This document shows positions 8,556 to 16,848 of a stretch of 37,330 nucleotides of DNA, one piece after another. Position 1 is the first letter of the stretch; every line of letters begins with the position of its first letter. Below the pieces are notes generated by a model that saw only the letters and a program-made list of their open reading frames with translations, did not search any database and was not told the origin of the DNA. Position numbers and translations under genes: made by a program. The DNA comes from Candidatus Hydrogenedentota bacterium (lineage in GTDB: Bacteria > Hydrogenedentota > Hydrogenedentia > Hydrogenedentales > SLHB01): the NCBI GenBank assembly GCA_045863335.1, contig BTVY01000056.1:1-37330 (forward strand). The letters run 5' to 3'.

Positions 8556-8629
8556 TGTCCCGCTCCTTCGGTAGGGGAAAGCTGTAGTGATGGTACCGCG
8601 TGGACCGGTAAAGGGCAAGCTGAAAATAG

Positions 8630-8695
8630 CGCAAAGACGCAAAGTTATGCAGAAAATGCTCCTCGTGGCGCCCCTCGCGTCTTTGCGCCTTTGCG
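8630..8695. repeat. Inverted repeat element built from CGCAAAG(A/G) octamers
   Basis: CGCAAAGACGCAAAG (8630-8644) and CTTTGCGCCTTTGCG (8681-8695) are reverse complements with one mismatch. Lies between divergent genes. Confidence 0.65.
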
Positions 8696-8815
8696 TTGAT
8701 GCCTTTCCTGGTGCGGCGGCGTAGGTGTACAATGCGGCTTCTCGTGCGAAGCGACGAGTCGTATGGGTTGTCTTCGCAGAGATGAGCGTTACGGAATCGA
8801 GAGGGGTGCAATGAC

Positions 8816-10183
8816 ATGCGAAGAGTGAGTGCTTTCGGGAAATGGGTCACGCTGGCCGCGGTAGTAGTCGCGTGGATGGCTTGCGGTTGGATCGGCGTTG
8901 CGGCGGCGCAGGACGCGGGACATTCCGCGGTCACGCCGGCGTCGCGTCCGGACGAGTGGTGGATGCCGCGCCATGAGGAGAAGGTAGCGCGCGTCAAAGA
9001 GGGAAATGTCGATCTTTTGATGATCGGCGACTCCATTACCCACGGTTGGGAAGGCGCGGGGAAGGCGGTCTGGGACGCATACTACGCCGACCGGAATGCG
9101 GTGGACCTGGGCTTCTCGGGGGATCGCACGCAGCATGTCTTGTGGCGGCTTGATAACGGCGAAATCGACGGCATCTCGCCGAAGCTGGCGGTCATCATGA
9201 TCGGCACGAACAACTGGAAGGACAACAGCGCCGAAGAGATTGCCGATGGCGTCACGGCCATCGTGGACAAGTTGCGCACCAAACTTCCCGAGATGAAGAT
9301 TCTCCTGCTGGCGATTTTCCCGCGGGCAAATGTGGGAGTTACTATCCGGGAGAAACTCGTTCAAGCCAGCGCGCTGTTTTCGAAGTGCGCGGATGGGGAC
9401 ATGGTCCACTACCTGGACATCGGCCGTGCGTTTCTTGATGCGGACGGCAACCTGCCGGAATCGGTCATGCCCGACCTGTTGCATCCAAACGAGACGGGGT
9501 ACCAACTCTGGGCGGAGGCCATGGAGCCGAGCATCGCGAAGCTCATGGGTGAGATCGATGCGGGCAAGGCGCCCAAAGGGTTTGAACGCGCCTTCAACGG
9601 CACCGACCTGAGCGGGTGGAAGGGCGTGCTCGCGAGCCCCAACGACAATCCCGAGAAGCGGAAAGACCTCCTGCCGGACGACCGGGCGAAGGCGCAAGAG
9701 GAAGCGAACGCGCTGATGCTGGCGCATTGGAAGGTCGAAGACGGCGTGCTTCATTACGACGGCAAGGGGTTCAGCATCGCCACCGATCGCGACTACGGCG
9801 ACTTTGAGATGCTGGTCGACTGGAAGATCAAGGAACTCGGCGACAGCGGCATCTATCTGCGCGGCGCGCCGCAGGTGCAGATCTGGGATCCGGCGAAGTG
9901 GCCCGAAGGCTCCGGCGGGCTCTACAACAACGAGAAGAACCCGAAGGACCCGCTCGTCTGTGCGGACAACCCCATCGGAGAGTGGAATACGTTCTACATC
10001 AAAATGGTCGGCGAACGTGTCACGATATACCTCAACGATCAACTTGTGGTCGACAATGTCATCTTGGAGAACTACTGGAACCGCGAGATCCCCATCTATC
10101 CGACGGGGCAAATCGAGTTGCAGCACCACGGCTCGGACTTGTGGTTCAAGAATATCTTCATCCGGGAGATTGCAAGGGATTAG
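8816..10183 (+). CDS. Secreted fusion: SGNH/GDSL hydrolase (PAF-acetylhydrolase IB-like) plus DUF1080 (3-keto-disaccharide hydrolase family) domain
   Basis: SGNH blocks IGDSITHGW, GFSGDRTQHVLWRL, MIGTNN and PDLLHP. DUF1080 motifs FNGTDLSGW, YGDFEM..DWK, GDSGIYLRG, GEWN, GQIELQHHG and FKNIFIRE. Signal peptide present. Confidence 0.9.
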   Translation: MRRVSAFGKWVTLAAVVVAWMACGWIGVAAAQDAGHSAVTPASRPDEWWMPRHEEKVARVKEGNVDLLMIGDSITHGWEGAGKAVWDAYYADRNAVDLGFSGDRTQHVLWRLDNGEIDGISPKLAVIMIGTNNWKDNSAEEIADGVTAIVDKLRTKLPEMKILLLAIFPRANVGVTIREKLVQASALFSKCADGDMVHYLDIGRAFLDADGNLPESVMPDLLHPNETGYQLWAEAMEPSIAKLMGEIDAGKAPKGFERAFNGTDLSGWKGVLASPNDNPEKRKDLLPDDRAKAQEEANALMLAHWKVEDGVLHYDGKGFSIATDRDYGDFEMLVDWKIKELGDSGIYLRGAPQVQIWDPAKWPEGSGGLYNNEKNPKDPLVCADNPIGEWNTFYIKMVGERVTIYLNDQLVVDNVILENYWNREIPIYPTGQIELQHHGSDLWFKNIFIREIARD

Positions 10184-10245
10184 GCTGGAGACCGGAGACG
10201 GCAGACTGGAGGAATTGATTGCGGATTTCGGACTGCGGATTTTTG
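10184..10245. repeat. Heptamer micro-repeat tract (GGAGACC/GGAGACG and GATTGCG/GATTTCG units)
   Basis: GATTGCGGATTTCGGACTGCGGATTT is the reverse-complement version of the AATCCGC/AATCCGA tract at 5990-6022. Confidence 0.5.
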
Positions 10246-10266
10246 GAACGAGCAGAACGCTTGATT

Positions 10267-10674
10267 TTATTGTTCGGACCTGTAGGATTCGATTGATATC
10301 GCTGTTTCCGGAAACGCTTTGAGGATTTTGACGTCGGAGGTGACGAGCGAGACGTTCAGCTGTTGCGCCAGTGCGACGAATTCACAATCGTAGGCCGAAC
10401 ATCTCGAGTCGTGCAGCAGGCGGACCACGCGGGTCGAGTCTACCTGGTACTCTTCGCCTTGCATGAGCGTCTCGGCTTCGGTCATGAAAGTCAACGCCAA
10501 GTCCAAGGTCAGCAATTCTTGTCGGAGATATGTCGCCAAGACGTTTCGGAACTCGCTCCGCCACAGGAGGGGCGCCGCCCAATGTGCATCGCGTTGATAA
10601 ACTGCACGGGCAGACGGAGTCTTCTCGCCACCGAGAAACAAGTACGCGATGACGTTTGTGTCAACGACAATCAC
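10267..10674 (-). CDS. vapC: VapC-family PIN domain toxin
   Basis: MIVVDTNVIAY, SEFRNVL, CSAYDCEFVALA and LVTSD carry the acidic PIN motifs. 4-nt overlap with the upstream antitoxin. Confidence 0.92.
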   Translation of the reverse strand: MIVVDTNVIAYLFLGGEKTPSARAVYQRDAHWAAPLLWRSEFRNVLATYLRQELLTLDLALTFMTEAETLMQGEEYQVDSTRVVRLLHDSRCSAYDCEFVALAQQLNVSLVTSDVKILKAFPETAISIESYRSEQ

Positions 10675-10913
10675 GGGCGCCCATCCGACTTCACCTTGCG
10701 AAGGATTTCGTCTGTAAGTGGCGGAAGGTTAGCCCGCTCACGCAGATCATCCACGCGGGCAAGAAGGGCCGCGGAGTCCGGCTTCTTCGTGAGTAGCGTG
10801 CGCTCGAGACAGACGATGATCTCCTGGTTTACGCTACGGCGGTTCTCAGTGGCGCTCTGTTTGAGCCGATCATAGAGTTCGCTCGGAATACTTTTGACCG
10901 TGATGTTCGGCAT
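10671..10913 (-). CDS. Arc/ribbon-helix-helix (FitA/VapB-like) antitoxin
   Basis: MPNITVKSIPSELYDRLKQSATENRRSVNQEII matches the RHH pattern; ends in the typical GRP. GGAG SD before the ATG at 10913. Confidence 0.88.
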   Translation of the reverse strand: MPNITVKSIPSELYDRLKQSATENRRSVNQEIIVCLERTLLTKKPDSAALLARVDDLRERANLPPLTDEILRKVKSDGRP

Positions 10914-10926
10914 TTCGGTAATCTCC

Positions 10927-10986
10927 AATGGTCTCAATTTGGAACCATTTTGTAACCATTTTACCACCAAATATCATATTTGGCAA
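10927..10986 (-). promoter_or_regulatory. sigma70 promoter and probable operator of the vapBC operon
   Basis: Minus strand TTGCCA-17 nt-TAAAAT with an extended TG (10986-10958). Inverted repeat AATGGT-N11-ACCATT at 10927-10949 and palindrome CCAAATAT-C-ATATTTGG at 10967-10983. Confidence 0.7.
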
Positions 10987-11029
10987 AGGGCTAGGCACCT
11001 TAGTTGGCCAAGGCCCCGTGTGGCCTCTC

Positions 11030-13759
11030 TTAAGTTGAAAACTGTCCAACCTGGAGCGGGGACAAGGTGAAGGCGATGGTTTCGCCTTCGGAGCCGTGGT
11101 AGCCGCCCCAGCCAATGCGGATGGCGGTGACGGCGGACCAGTCGAAGGCGCTCGTTTGGGCTTGGCTCCAGCCGGCGCGTTCAAATAGAGTGAGGGACAC
11201 GTAGGAGCGTTGCGTGCCGGGCGCGCCCATGGATCGGTCGGTGTTCGCGATGTACTCCGCGCCGTGGGCGTCGCGCACGATCACGCGCAGGGGCGTCGGG
11301 GCGCTTTGACCGTCGGGAGCTGTCGTGTCCAGCACGAAACAAACCGCGCTATGAAGATCGAGCGGGTCTTCGTACGAGTACGAGACGAAGAGATGGGTAT
11401 CCACCTCGCCTTTCGTGAGCCGGGCCTTGGCATGCCACGCGCCGCCGGCCGTTTGCTCGATAACGCCATCGACGAATTCGCCCATCCCGACCGTGGGTTG
11501 CGTCGTCGGGAAAGCGGAAAGTTTTAAGCCGGGCAAGGATCCTTCCGCTGCCGCCTTGCGTTCCGGACGTTGTGCTTCGTCGAAGCGATACAACATCGCG
11601 CCATAGGGTCCGAGTTTCGCGGGGACGCCGTTCGGCGAAGATAGCGGATTCATCGTGCCGGTGGCGGGGTCCCACTGTTCCCCCGCGCCGCGGGCGGCGA
11701 AATCCAGGACGCCTTCCCACGGTTCTCCGCTATCGTTGATGACGAAGTAGACTTCGCGACCGTCGATGCGGCGATGGGTGACGCGCAACGGAGCGTCCTT
11801 CTCCCCCACTCGCATGTCCGGCACGAGGAGCGAATCGAGCACGAGCGGCAGCAGCGCATCGGAACCCGGCGGCAGATACACGCCGGCGCCTCCGGCTTCA
11901 TTGGACGCGAAGGTTGGACTGTCTCCGCGCGTGAACACCTCGGCTCCGAGGGCTTGCACGGCGGGCGACGGGAACTCGCGTTCGCTGTTGGCCGGAAGGC
12001 TGGACACGGCAATGAGCACGCCGCCGCTGCGCCAGAATTCGGCCAGGTTCTCCCACGCCTGCATTGGCAAGGTGTCGGCGCAGGGCAACACGACTACGTG
12101 CCATTCCAAATCGCCGTGCACGAGGACGCCGTCGTTGACCGTGGCGTCGCACAGCGCCTGTCCATCCACGTAGGTGAAGTCGCGCCGCGCTTCGAAGAGG
12201 CTGTTGCTGACGGCCTGGTAGATCGATTGAATGCGCTGCGTGTCGGGCGGACAGTTCTCGGTCATGTGGTAGGACGGCACGAAGCGCGGCCAAACGCTTT
12301 CGCCGGGATAGAGCACGGCGATATCGGCGACCTGATGTCCCCCTTGGAGCATGGTGCTGCAACGGCCGATCCATTCGTTGAGCCGCATGATCTGTTCCGG
12401 CGACAACTGTGCGAAGGAGTAGTAGCTCGTGATGGTCGTGATGCCGTTGAGGATCAGGCGATTGCAGGTGCCGCGGATTTCGTCTTCCGTGACGACGCGC
12501 AAGGGTCGGGTGTCGCCCTCGGCGCGGTACCGTTCCGCGTGATCCGAGGTTTCGCTCATGGTGACCCTGCGTCCCTCCAACTCCGCCGCGCTGCTCAAGA
12601 GGCGCGCCACGAACCAGGGGACGCTGCTCGGAACGCTGGTGAGACAGTCCATGCTCGGCGCGTCCAGGCGCCGGATGCAGCGGAAGAAATCGCCGTACAA
12701 AGGCACATGCGCCAACAACGGTTCTTCAAGCAGCAGGTGACCACCCGATTGCGTGTTATGCGCGCGGCACCAGGTCTGAATCTGGCCGAAGTAGTTCTCC
12801 GATACGAGTTCGCCGACCGTGAGCCAGAAGTCGTACCGCACCGAGCGGCCCTTCGCCCCCGCGTCAGCGACGAGTGCGGCAAGGAGCGGTTCCAAAGGAT
12901 AACCGCGACGCTTCTCAAATTCGCCGGGCAGGTTCGGCGCCCATGGCAAGACGCGCCAAGGCTGCCGCTTGAGGAACATGCTCATCAGAGACGGTTCGTC
13001 GGTGAAGGTCGCGATAAACCATGGGCTCAGATCGGTGTCGAGCCGCTTGGCGTATTCCGCGTGCGTGAGTTCGATGAACCGCGCCGTGGGTTCCGGCATG
13101 AGGAGATTGGGATACTTCAAATCGTCTGATAGATTTCCGTCGGCGTGGGTGCCTTCGTGAAGGTAGTCCTTCGTGATGATCATGACGTGCCACGATCCTG
13201 CGGGAGCGGTCCACGCCAGTTGGCCGTCGCGAATATGGGTCGCGAGGTCGACCGCATGTTCCAGCTCGATTGCGCCGTCCGTGATGGGATAGGCCGAAGC
13301 CGTGACGAGTGCGCCAGGCGGAACCGCCAGTTCGATGTCGCCGCCTTCAGTGACCGCGTCGGCGATGTACAAGCCTTCCGCTTGCCACTCGGGATGATCG
13401 CGAAGCGTAAGCCCGCCCGCCTTGCACGAGGGATAGCCGCGCTCGTCGTAGAGCCACAGGGCCGTGCCCATGTCTTTCGCCGCGTTCACGCCGCGCACGA
13501 AGGCCGACCATTTCTCCTCGCTTTCGAGGTAGTCGGTGAAGGAAACGTTCGTAACGATACCGCCGAAGCCTTGGTTCAACAGCGATTGCAACAAGCCGTC
13601 CTGCCCATCCGGCGCGTCGGGTAAGCTATGCACAATCTTCAGGATGCGCGACTCCGCGGGCGGGTTGGCGAAGCGTTCCGCAATTGGTGTATCTGACTGC
13701 GCCGCGGAATTGAGAGTTGCCAATGCGACGCTCAACACAACGAAGAGTGATACCCGCAA
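11030..13759 (-). CDS. Secreted glycoside hydrolase, GH106 (alpha-L-rhamnosidase)-like, with C-terminal CBM-like module
   Basis: F.NPP, GFGG, WLYDERGYPS..AGG, FTDEPS, F.KRRGY, RYDFW..V.EL..ENYF.QI..WC..H...SGGH, SSAA...G....MSE, ADIAVLYP, and YFVIN...WDPATG. Start uncertain (TTG 13759 gives a signal peptide; the ORF is open to 13873). Confidence 0.75.
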   Translation of the reverse strand: MRVSLFVVLSVALATLNSAAQSDTPIAERFANPPAESRILKIVHSLPDAPDGQDGLLQSLLNQGFGGIVTNVSFTDYLESEEKWSAFVRGVNAAKDMGTALWLYDERGYPSCKAGGLTLRDHPEWQAEGLYIADAVTEGGDIELAVPPGALVTASAYPITDGAIELEHAVDLATHIRDGQLAWTAPAGSWHVMIITKDYLHEGTHADGNLSDDLKYPNLLMPEPTARFIELTHAEYAKRLDTDLSPWFIATFTDEPSLMSMFLKRQPWRVLPWAPNLPGEFEKRRGYPLEPLLAALVADAGAKGRSVRYDFWLTVGELVSENYFGQIQTWCRAHNTQSGGHLLLEEPLLAHVPLYGDFFRCIRRLDAPSMDCLTSVPSSVPWFVARLLSSAAELEGRRVTMSETSDHAERYRAEGDTRPLRVVTEDEIRGTCNRLILNGITTITSYYSFAQLSPEQIMRLNEWIGRCSTMLQGGHQVADIAVLYPGESVWPRFVPSYHMTENCPPDTQRIQSIYQAVSNSLFEARRDFTYVDGQALCDATVNDGVLVHGDLEWHVVVLPCADTLPMQAWENLAEFWRSGGVLIAVSSLPANSEREFPSPAVQALGAEVFTRGDSPTFASNEAGGAGVYLPPGSDALLPLVLDSLLVPDMRVGEKDAPLRVTHRRIDGREVYFVINDSGEPWEGVLDFAARGAGEQWDPATGTMNPLSSPNGVPAKLGPYGAMLYRFDEAQRPERKAAAEGSLPGLKLSAFPTTQPTVGMGEFVDGVIEQTAGGAWHAKARLTKGEVDTHLFVSYSYEDPLDLHSAVCFVLDTTAPDGQSAPTPLRVIVRDAHGAEYIANTDRSMGAPGTQRSYVSLTLFERAGWSQAQTSAFDWSAVTAIRIGWGGYHGSEGETIAFTLSPLQVGQFST

Positions 13760-14015
13760 GCTACCACGAGGATCGGTGCTGGCGAGATCTGAATTGCTGA
13801 TCGATACGTTTGGCAATGAGATTTCTCCTATACGAGCAAGGCCTGCGGCGTGCGCTCCCCCGTCGGGTGGCAAAAGGTCGTCGATATCAGCACGAGGACG
13901 CGGACATTTGAATCGCGCACTCTCCGCGTTCGCAACTCATTGTACAACACTCGTCCGGTGTGGCTACTCTACAATGCGAGAGGTGAAACGCATCTGATAG
14001 GAGGGAATTCTTCCG

Positions 14016-15329
14016 ATGAGAAGGAAACTCGTCTGTTTATCAATGGTATTGGCGCTGACCGCTGTCGGCGGCGCACAGGAACCCTTCGCGACGGTCGCGG
14101 AGATGGCCATGGCCGTCGAGTGCCCTGCAGGGGCGCCGCGGTATAGCGATGTGAGTATGCGGCTGTTCCGGAAGTATGAGGATGGCCGGGAACTGGCGGC
14201 GGCGGAGGCCTTTCACATCACGCGGGCGGACTGGTCCTACATTCGCGACAAGGCGTACATCGAGGCCGTCCAGGCCCGCGGTTGGACGTTTCAAGGGTCA
14301 ACGAACGCGGTGACGTACAAACCGGAGTTCGCGCTCAAGGATGAGAATGGCGAACCGGTGCTCGATCACTTCAAGAAACCCGGACGGTTCTGGTCGGACT
14401 GCAACAACGCGGTCTTTCGCGATGCGTACGTGGAGGAATTGCGCGAGTGGGTTGCACTGGGCGTCGATTCGATTCAACGCGACGAACCGACGGCCATCCG
14501 ACACTGGAGCATTCCGGATGCGGTGGACTTTTTTGAAGATGTGCATGGGCGATTGAAAGAAGCGGTGGGGCGCGACATCCCCATGTCGGTGAACCTCGCG
14601 TGGAACAAGTCGGTCTTCGGCGGGGACGGCGAGCCGCTCACAAAGCTCTTCGAATTCGGCATGGCGGAACTCGGCAGCCGGCATGTGGAACCGCAATTCT
14701 TCGTCGATGCCGCGAACGAGGCGGCGCAACGGCAGTCCTTCATCGTCTACACGAGCTATCAGAAGATGGACGTGTCCACCTATCGCCGCGCCATCGCCGG
14801 GTGCTATGCGAATGGCCTGCTGTTCATCGTGCCCTGGGATCAGTACGCGGGCACGACGGAACCCCGCGTATTCAGCGCGCCGGATGACTTGGCAGACCTC
14901 TACGGATTCGTGCGGGGTAACGCGGCGTATCTCGATGGCTACGAGGCGGCCACGGCGACGGGACACAGTCTCGGCGCGAGCGAGGCGTTGTCCATTGAAG
15001 GCGACGACGGCGTGACCGCGTGGGTGCGCGCGCGCCCGGGGGAAGCCGGAGCGCCGGTGGTGATTCACCTGGTTGATTGGAATGAATCCGGCGGGTTTCA
15101 AGTTCGTCTTCGAAACGATGCGTTCTTCCCGGGGAAAGACCTTGAGGTCGAACTACGAGCCGCAACTCCCTACGACCCAATCACGCACGCCAGCGCGGAG
15201 AAGGCACAAGACTTTTCCAGTCTGGTAGCGATTCAGGCGCTTGATGTGGAAAGCGAAGGCGGATTATCACGGGTGTCCGTGCCCGAGCTCTCGCCGTGGG
15301 GGATGCTGGTCGTCCGGCCTGTTGACTGA
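14016..15329 (+). CDS. Secreted hypothetical protein, possible TIM-barrel glycoside hydrolase
   Basis: AGGAGG SD and Sec signal. The D.NN..F...Y.......V.LGVDSIQRDEP pattern resembles GH TIM barrels, and the C-terminus (VVIHLVDWN...VPELSPWGMLVV) resembles a beta-sandwich. Family not assigned. Confidence 0.6.
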   Translation: MRRKLVCLSMVLALTAVGGAQEPFATVAEMAMAVECPAGAPRYSDVSMRLFRKYEDGRELAAAEAFHITRADWSYIRDKAYIEAVQARGWTFQGSTNAVTYKPEFALKDENGEPVLDHFKKPGRFWSDCNNAVFRDAYVEELREWVALGVDSIQRDEPTAIRHWSIPDAVDFFEDVHGRLKEAVGRDIPMSVNLAWNKSVFGGDGEPLTKLFEFGMAELGSRHVEPQFFVDAANEAAQRQSFIVYTSYQKMDVSTYRRAIAGCYANGLLFIVPWDQYAGTTEPRVFSAPDDLADLYGFVRGNAAYLDGYEAATATGHSLGASEALSIEGDDGVTAWVRARPGEAGAPVVIHLVDWNESGGFQVRLRNDAFFPGKDLEVELRAATPYDPITHASAEKAQDFSSLVAIQALDVESEGGLSRVSVPELSPWGMLVVRPVD

Positions 15330-15345
15330 GTGATCTCTCCGAAGA

Positions 15346-15367
15346 GCAGGCGGGACGCCTGCGCTAC
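15346..15367 (-). repeat. GTAG-type REP element
   Basis: Minus strand GTAGC-GCAGGCG-TCC-CGCCTGC: a GTAG tetranucleotide followed by a perfect 7-bp hairpin, between convergent genes. Confidence 0.65.
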
Positions 15368-15804
15368 ATGGCTTGCGACTGGCGGACGACACTGACGATC
15401 TCTTCGAGCGGAAGCTCGACCTTTGTATACGCATCCTTTGGGAGCCACCAAGCCGGATAGAATATCGCCTCGGTTCTTAGGACATCGCCGCTATCGCGGG
15501 ACCAGCCGACATAATTGCCACGGGCGTCGAATACGTACAAGGCTCCATCCGAGGGCAATGACCGCGCGAAGGGTCCGATGAGGTGGTAGTAGGTGACGCC
15601 GCGTACTTCAATCACATATGAATTCTGGATCTCGATCTTCCGGGCCAGGAAATCGTCGAGGGTCTGGACGGTTTCGTCCGGTTCCAAATACTTGTAGCGG
15701 GCTTTGTCGTAGCGCTTGATGATGGTCGGGATCGAGAAGAAGATAATCAAGACGAGCAGCACCAGCGCAGCGGTCGATACCGCGAGGATCAGGTAACGTT
15801 TCAT
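15364..15804 (-). CDS. Hypothetical protein with N-terminal membrane anchor
   Basis: 146 aa; long hydrophobic N-terminal helix; GGAG-type SD upstream. Confidence 0.65.
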   Translation of the reverse strand: MKRYLILAVSTAALVLLVLIIFFSIPTIIKRYDKARYKYLEPDETVQTLDDFLARKIEIQNSYVIEVRGVTYYHLIGPFARSLPSDGALYVFDARGNYVGWSRDSGDVLRTEAIFYPAWWLPKDAYTKVELPLEEIVSVVRQSQAM

Positions 15805-15842
15805 CAGGAGGACTCCCGCCTGAGGAGAGGAACCTTACTTTG

Positions 15843-16316
15843 TCACTCACTATCGGAATTGTTGTTGAGCTTCTCGGCCAGGCCGATGATGACGCCCTCG
15901 GGACCACGCATGAAACAGAGTCGGTAGACATTCTCGTACCGTGCGATTTCGCCGACGAGTTCGGCGCCGTGGTTGCGCAGGCGGGCAACCACGTCGTCGA
16001 GGTTTTCGACCGCGAACATGAGACGGCGTATGCCCAGCGTGTTTGCCGGGGCGTTTTCCGGCTCGGATTTGACCGCGGGCGGCCTGTGGAATCTCGTCAG
16101 CTCGACCCGGTTGTGGCCGTCCGGCGTCCGCATCATGGTGATGTCGGCGCGGACGTCGTCGAGCCCGATGACTTGGCCCACCCAGGGTCCCTCGACCGTG
16201 GTCTCGCCTTCCAGTTCCATGCCGAGTTCGGTAAAGAACTCCTTAGCGGCTTCAAGATCCTCGACGACGATGAGAACGTTGTCCATTCGTAGAAGTTTGG
16301 ATTTCTTCGAGTCCAT
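15843..16316 (-). CDS. VOC (glyoxalase/bleomycin resistance) family protein
   Basis: LLRMDNVLIVVEDLEAAKEFF.ELG..LEG, MMRTPDGH.RVEL..F, LGIRR.MFAV and YRLCF.RGPEG.IIGLAE. Start taken at the ATG at 16316. Confidence 0.9.
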   Translation of the reverse strand: MDSKKSKLLRMDNVLIVVEDLEAAKEFFTELGMELEGETTVEGPWVGQVIGLDDVRADITMMRTPDGHNRVELTRFHRPPAVKSEPENAPANTLGIRRLMFAVENLDDVVARLRNHGAELVGEIARYENVYRLCFMRGPEGVIIGLAEKLNNNSDSE

Positions 16317-16347
16317 ATCGTCCAATGCCTTCGGCGGTTCTCGAACG

Positions 16348-16569
16348 CTACACGACATCCTGCATGGGCCGCGTCCGTTTCGGCGGGAGAGGACGCCCTT
16401 CCGTCCGTAGATGGTCGAGCACTTCCTCTACGATGTCGCAGAGTTCTCCATAGAGCTGTACAGGGTCGTGGCCATGAATGCCGGAGATGACGTCAGGGCA
16501 ATACCCGATGTACGTATTATCTTCGTCGCTCCACTCAACCCACTTGTGGTACTGGTCGCCTTGTTTCAT
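16348..16569 (-). CDS. hicB: HicB-like antitoxin
   Basis: VEWSDED..YIG.CPD...G.HG.D......EL...VEE......EGRPLP pattern; 4-nt overlap with hicA. Confidence 0.8.
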   Translation of the reverse strand: MKQGDQYHKWVEWSDEDNTYIGYCPDVISGIHGHDPVQLYGELCDIVEEVLDHLRTEGRPLPPKRTRPMQDVV

Positions 16570-16769
16570 TTCGTCACCTGTTCGATGGCGCGTCTTACTT
16601 GTTTCTCCTGATAAGGCTTCGCGTCGTCACCCGAGTTTCCGCTAAGCGTAACCGCACCCGCGTAACGGGAATGCGAGAACTTCCGATGCCCACCCTTACC
16701 GCCGCCCACGATCTCGTGAAATCCGGCGCTATGCAAGTCTCGTATGAGTTCTCTTACCTTTCGCGGCAT
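16566..16769 (-). CDS. hicA: HicA-family mRNA interferase toxin
   Basis: MPRKVRELIRDL..AGF.....GKGGHRKFSH.....VTLSG..GDDAKPYQEKQV; the conserved GxH His is present. Confidence 0.88.
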   Translation of the reverse strand: MPRKVRELIRDLHSAGFHEIVGGGKGGHRKFSHSRYAGAVTLSGNSGDDAKPYQEKQVRRAIEQVTK

Positions 16770-16848
16770 ACGCTTCGTTTCGTGTTAGTTGAATGACTTC
16801 CATCCAGCCCAAAGCGATTCAAATCATTTTATCATGAATCCAGAAGGA

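Noticed and set aside
6193-8574. 793-aa plus-strand ORF
   Set aside because: Antisense shadow of the GC3-rich gene 6169-7914 and the TA pair; no motifs or SD, and the composition is typical of a shadow frame.
8789-10129. 446-aa minus-strand ORF; similar long shadows at 11774-13129, 16789-17676, 23721-24770 and 33235-34095
   Set aside because: Each lies antisense to a gene with clear family motifs.
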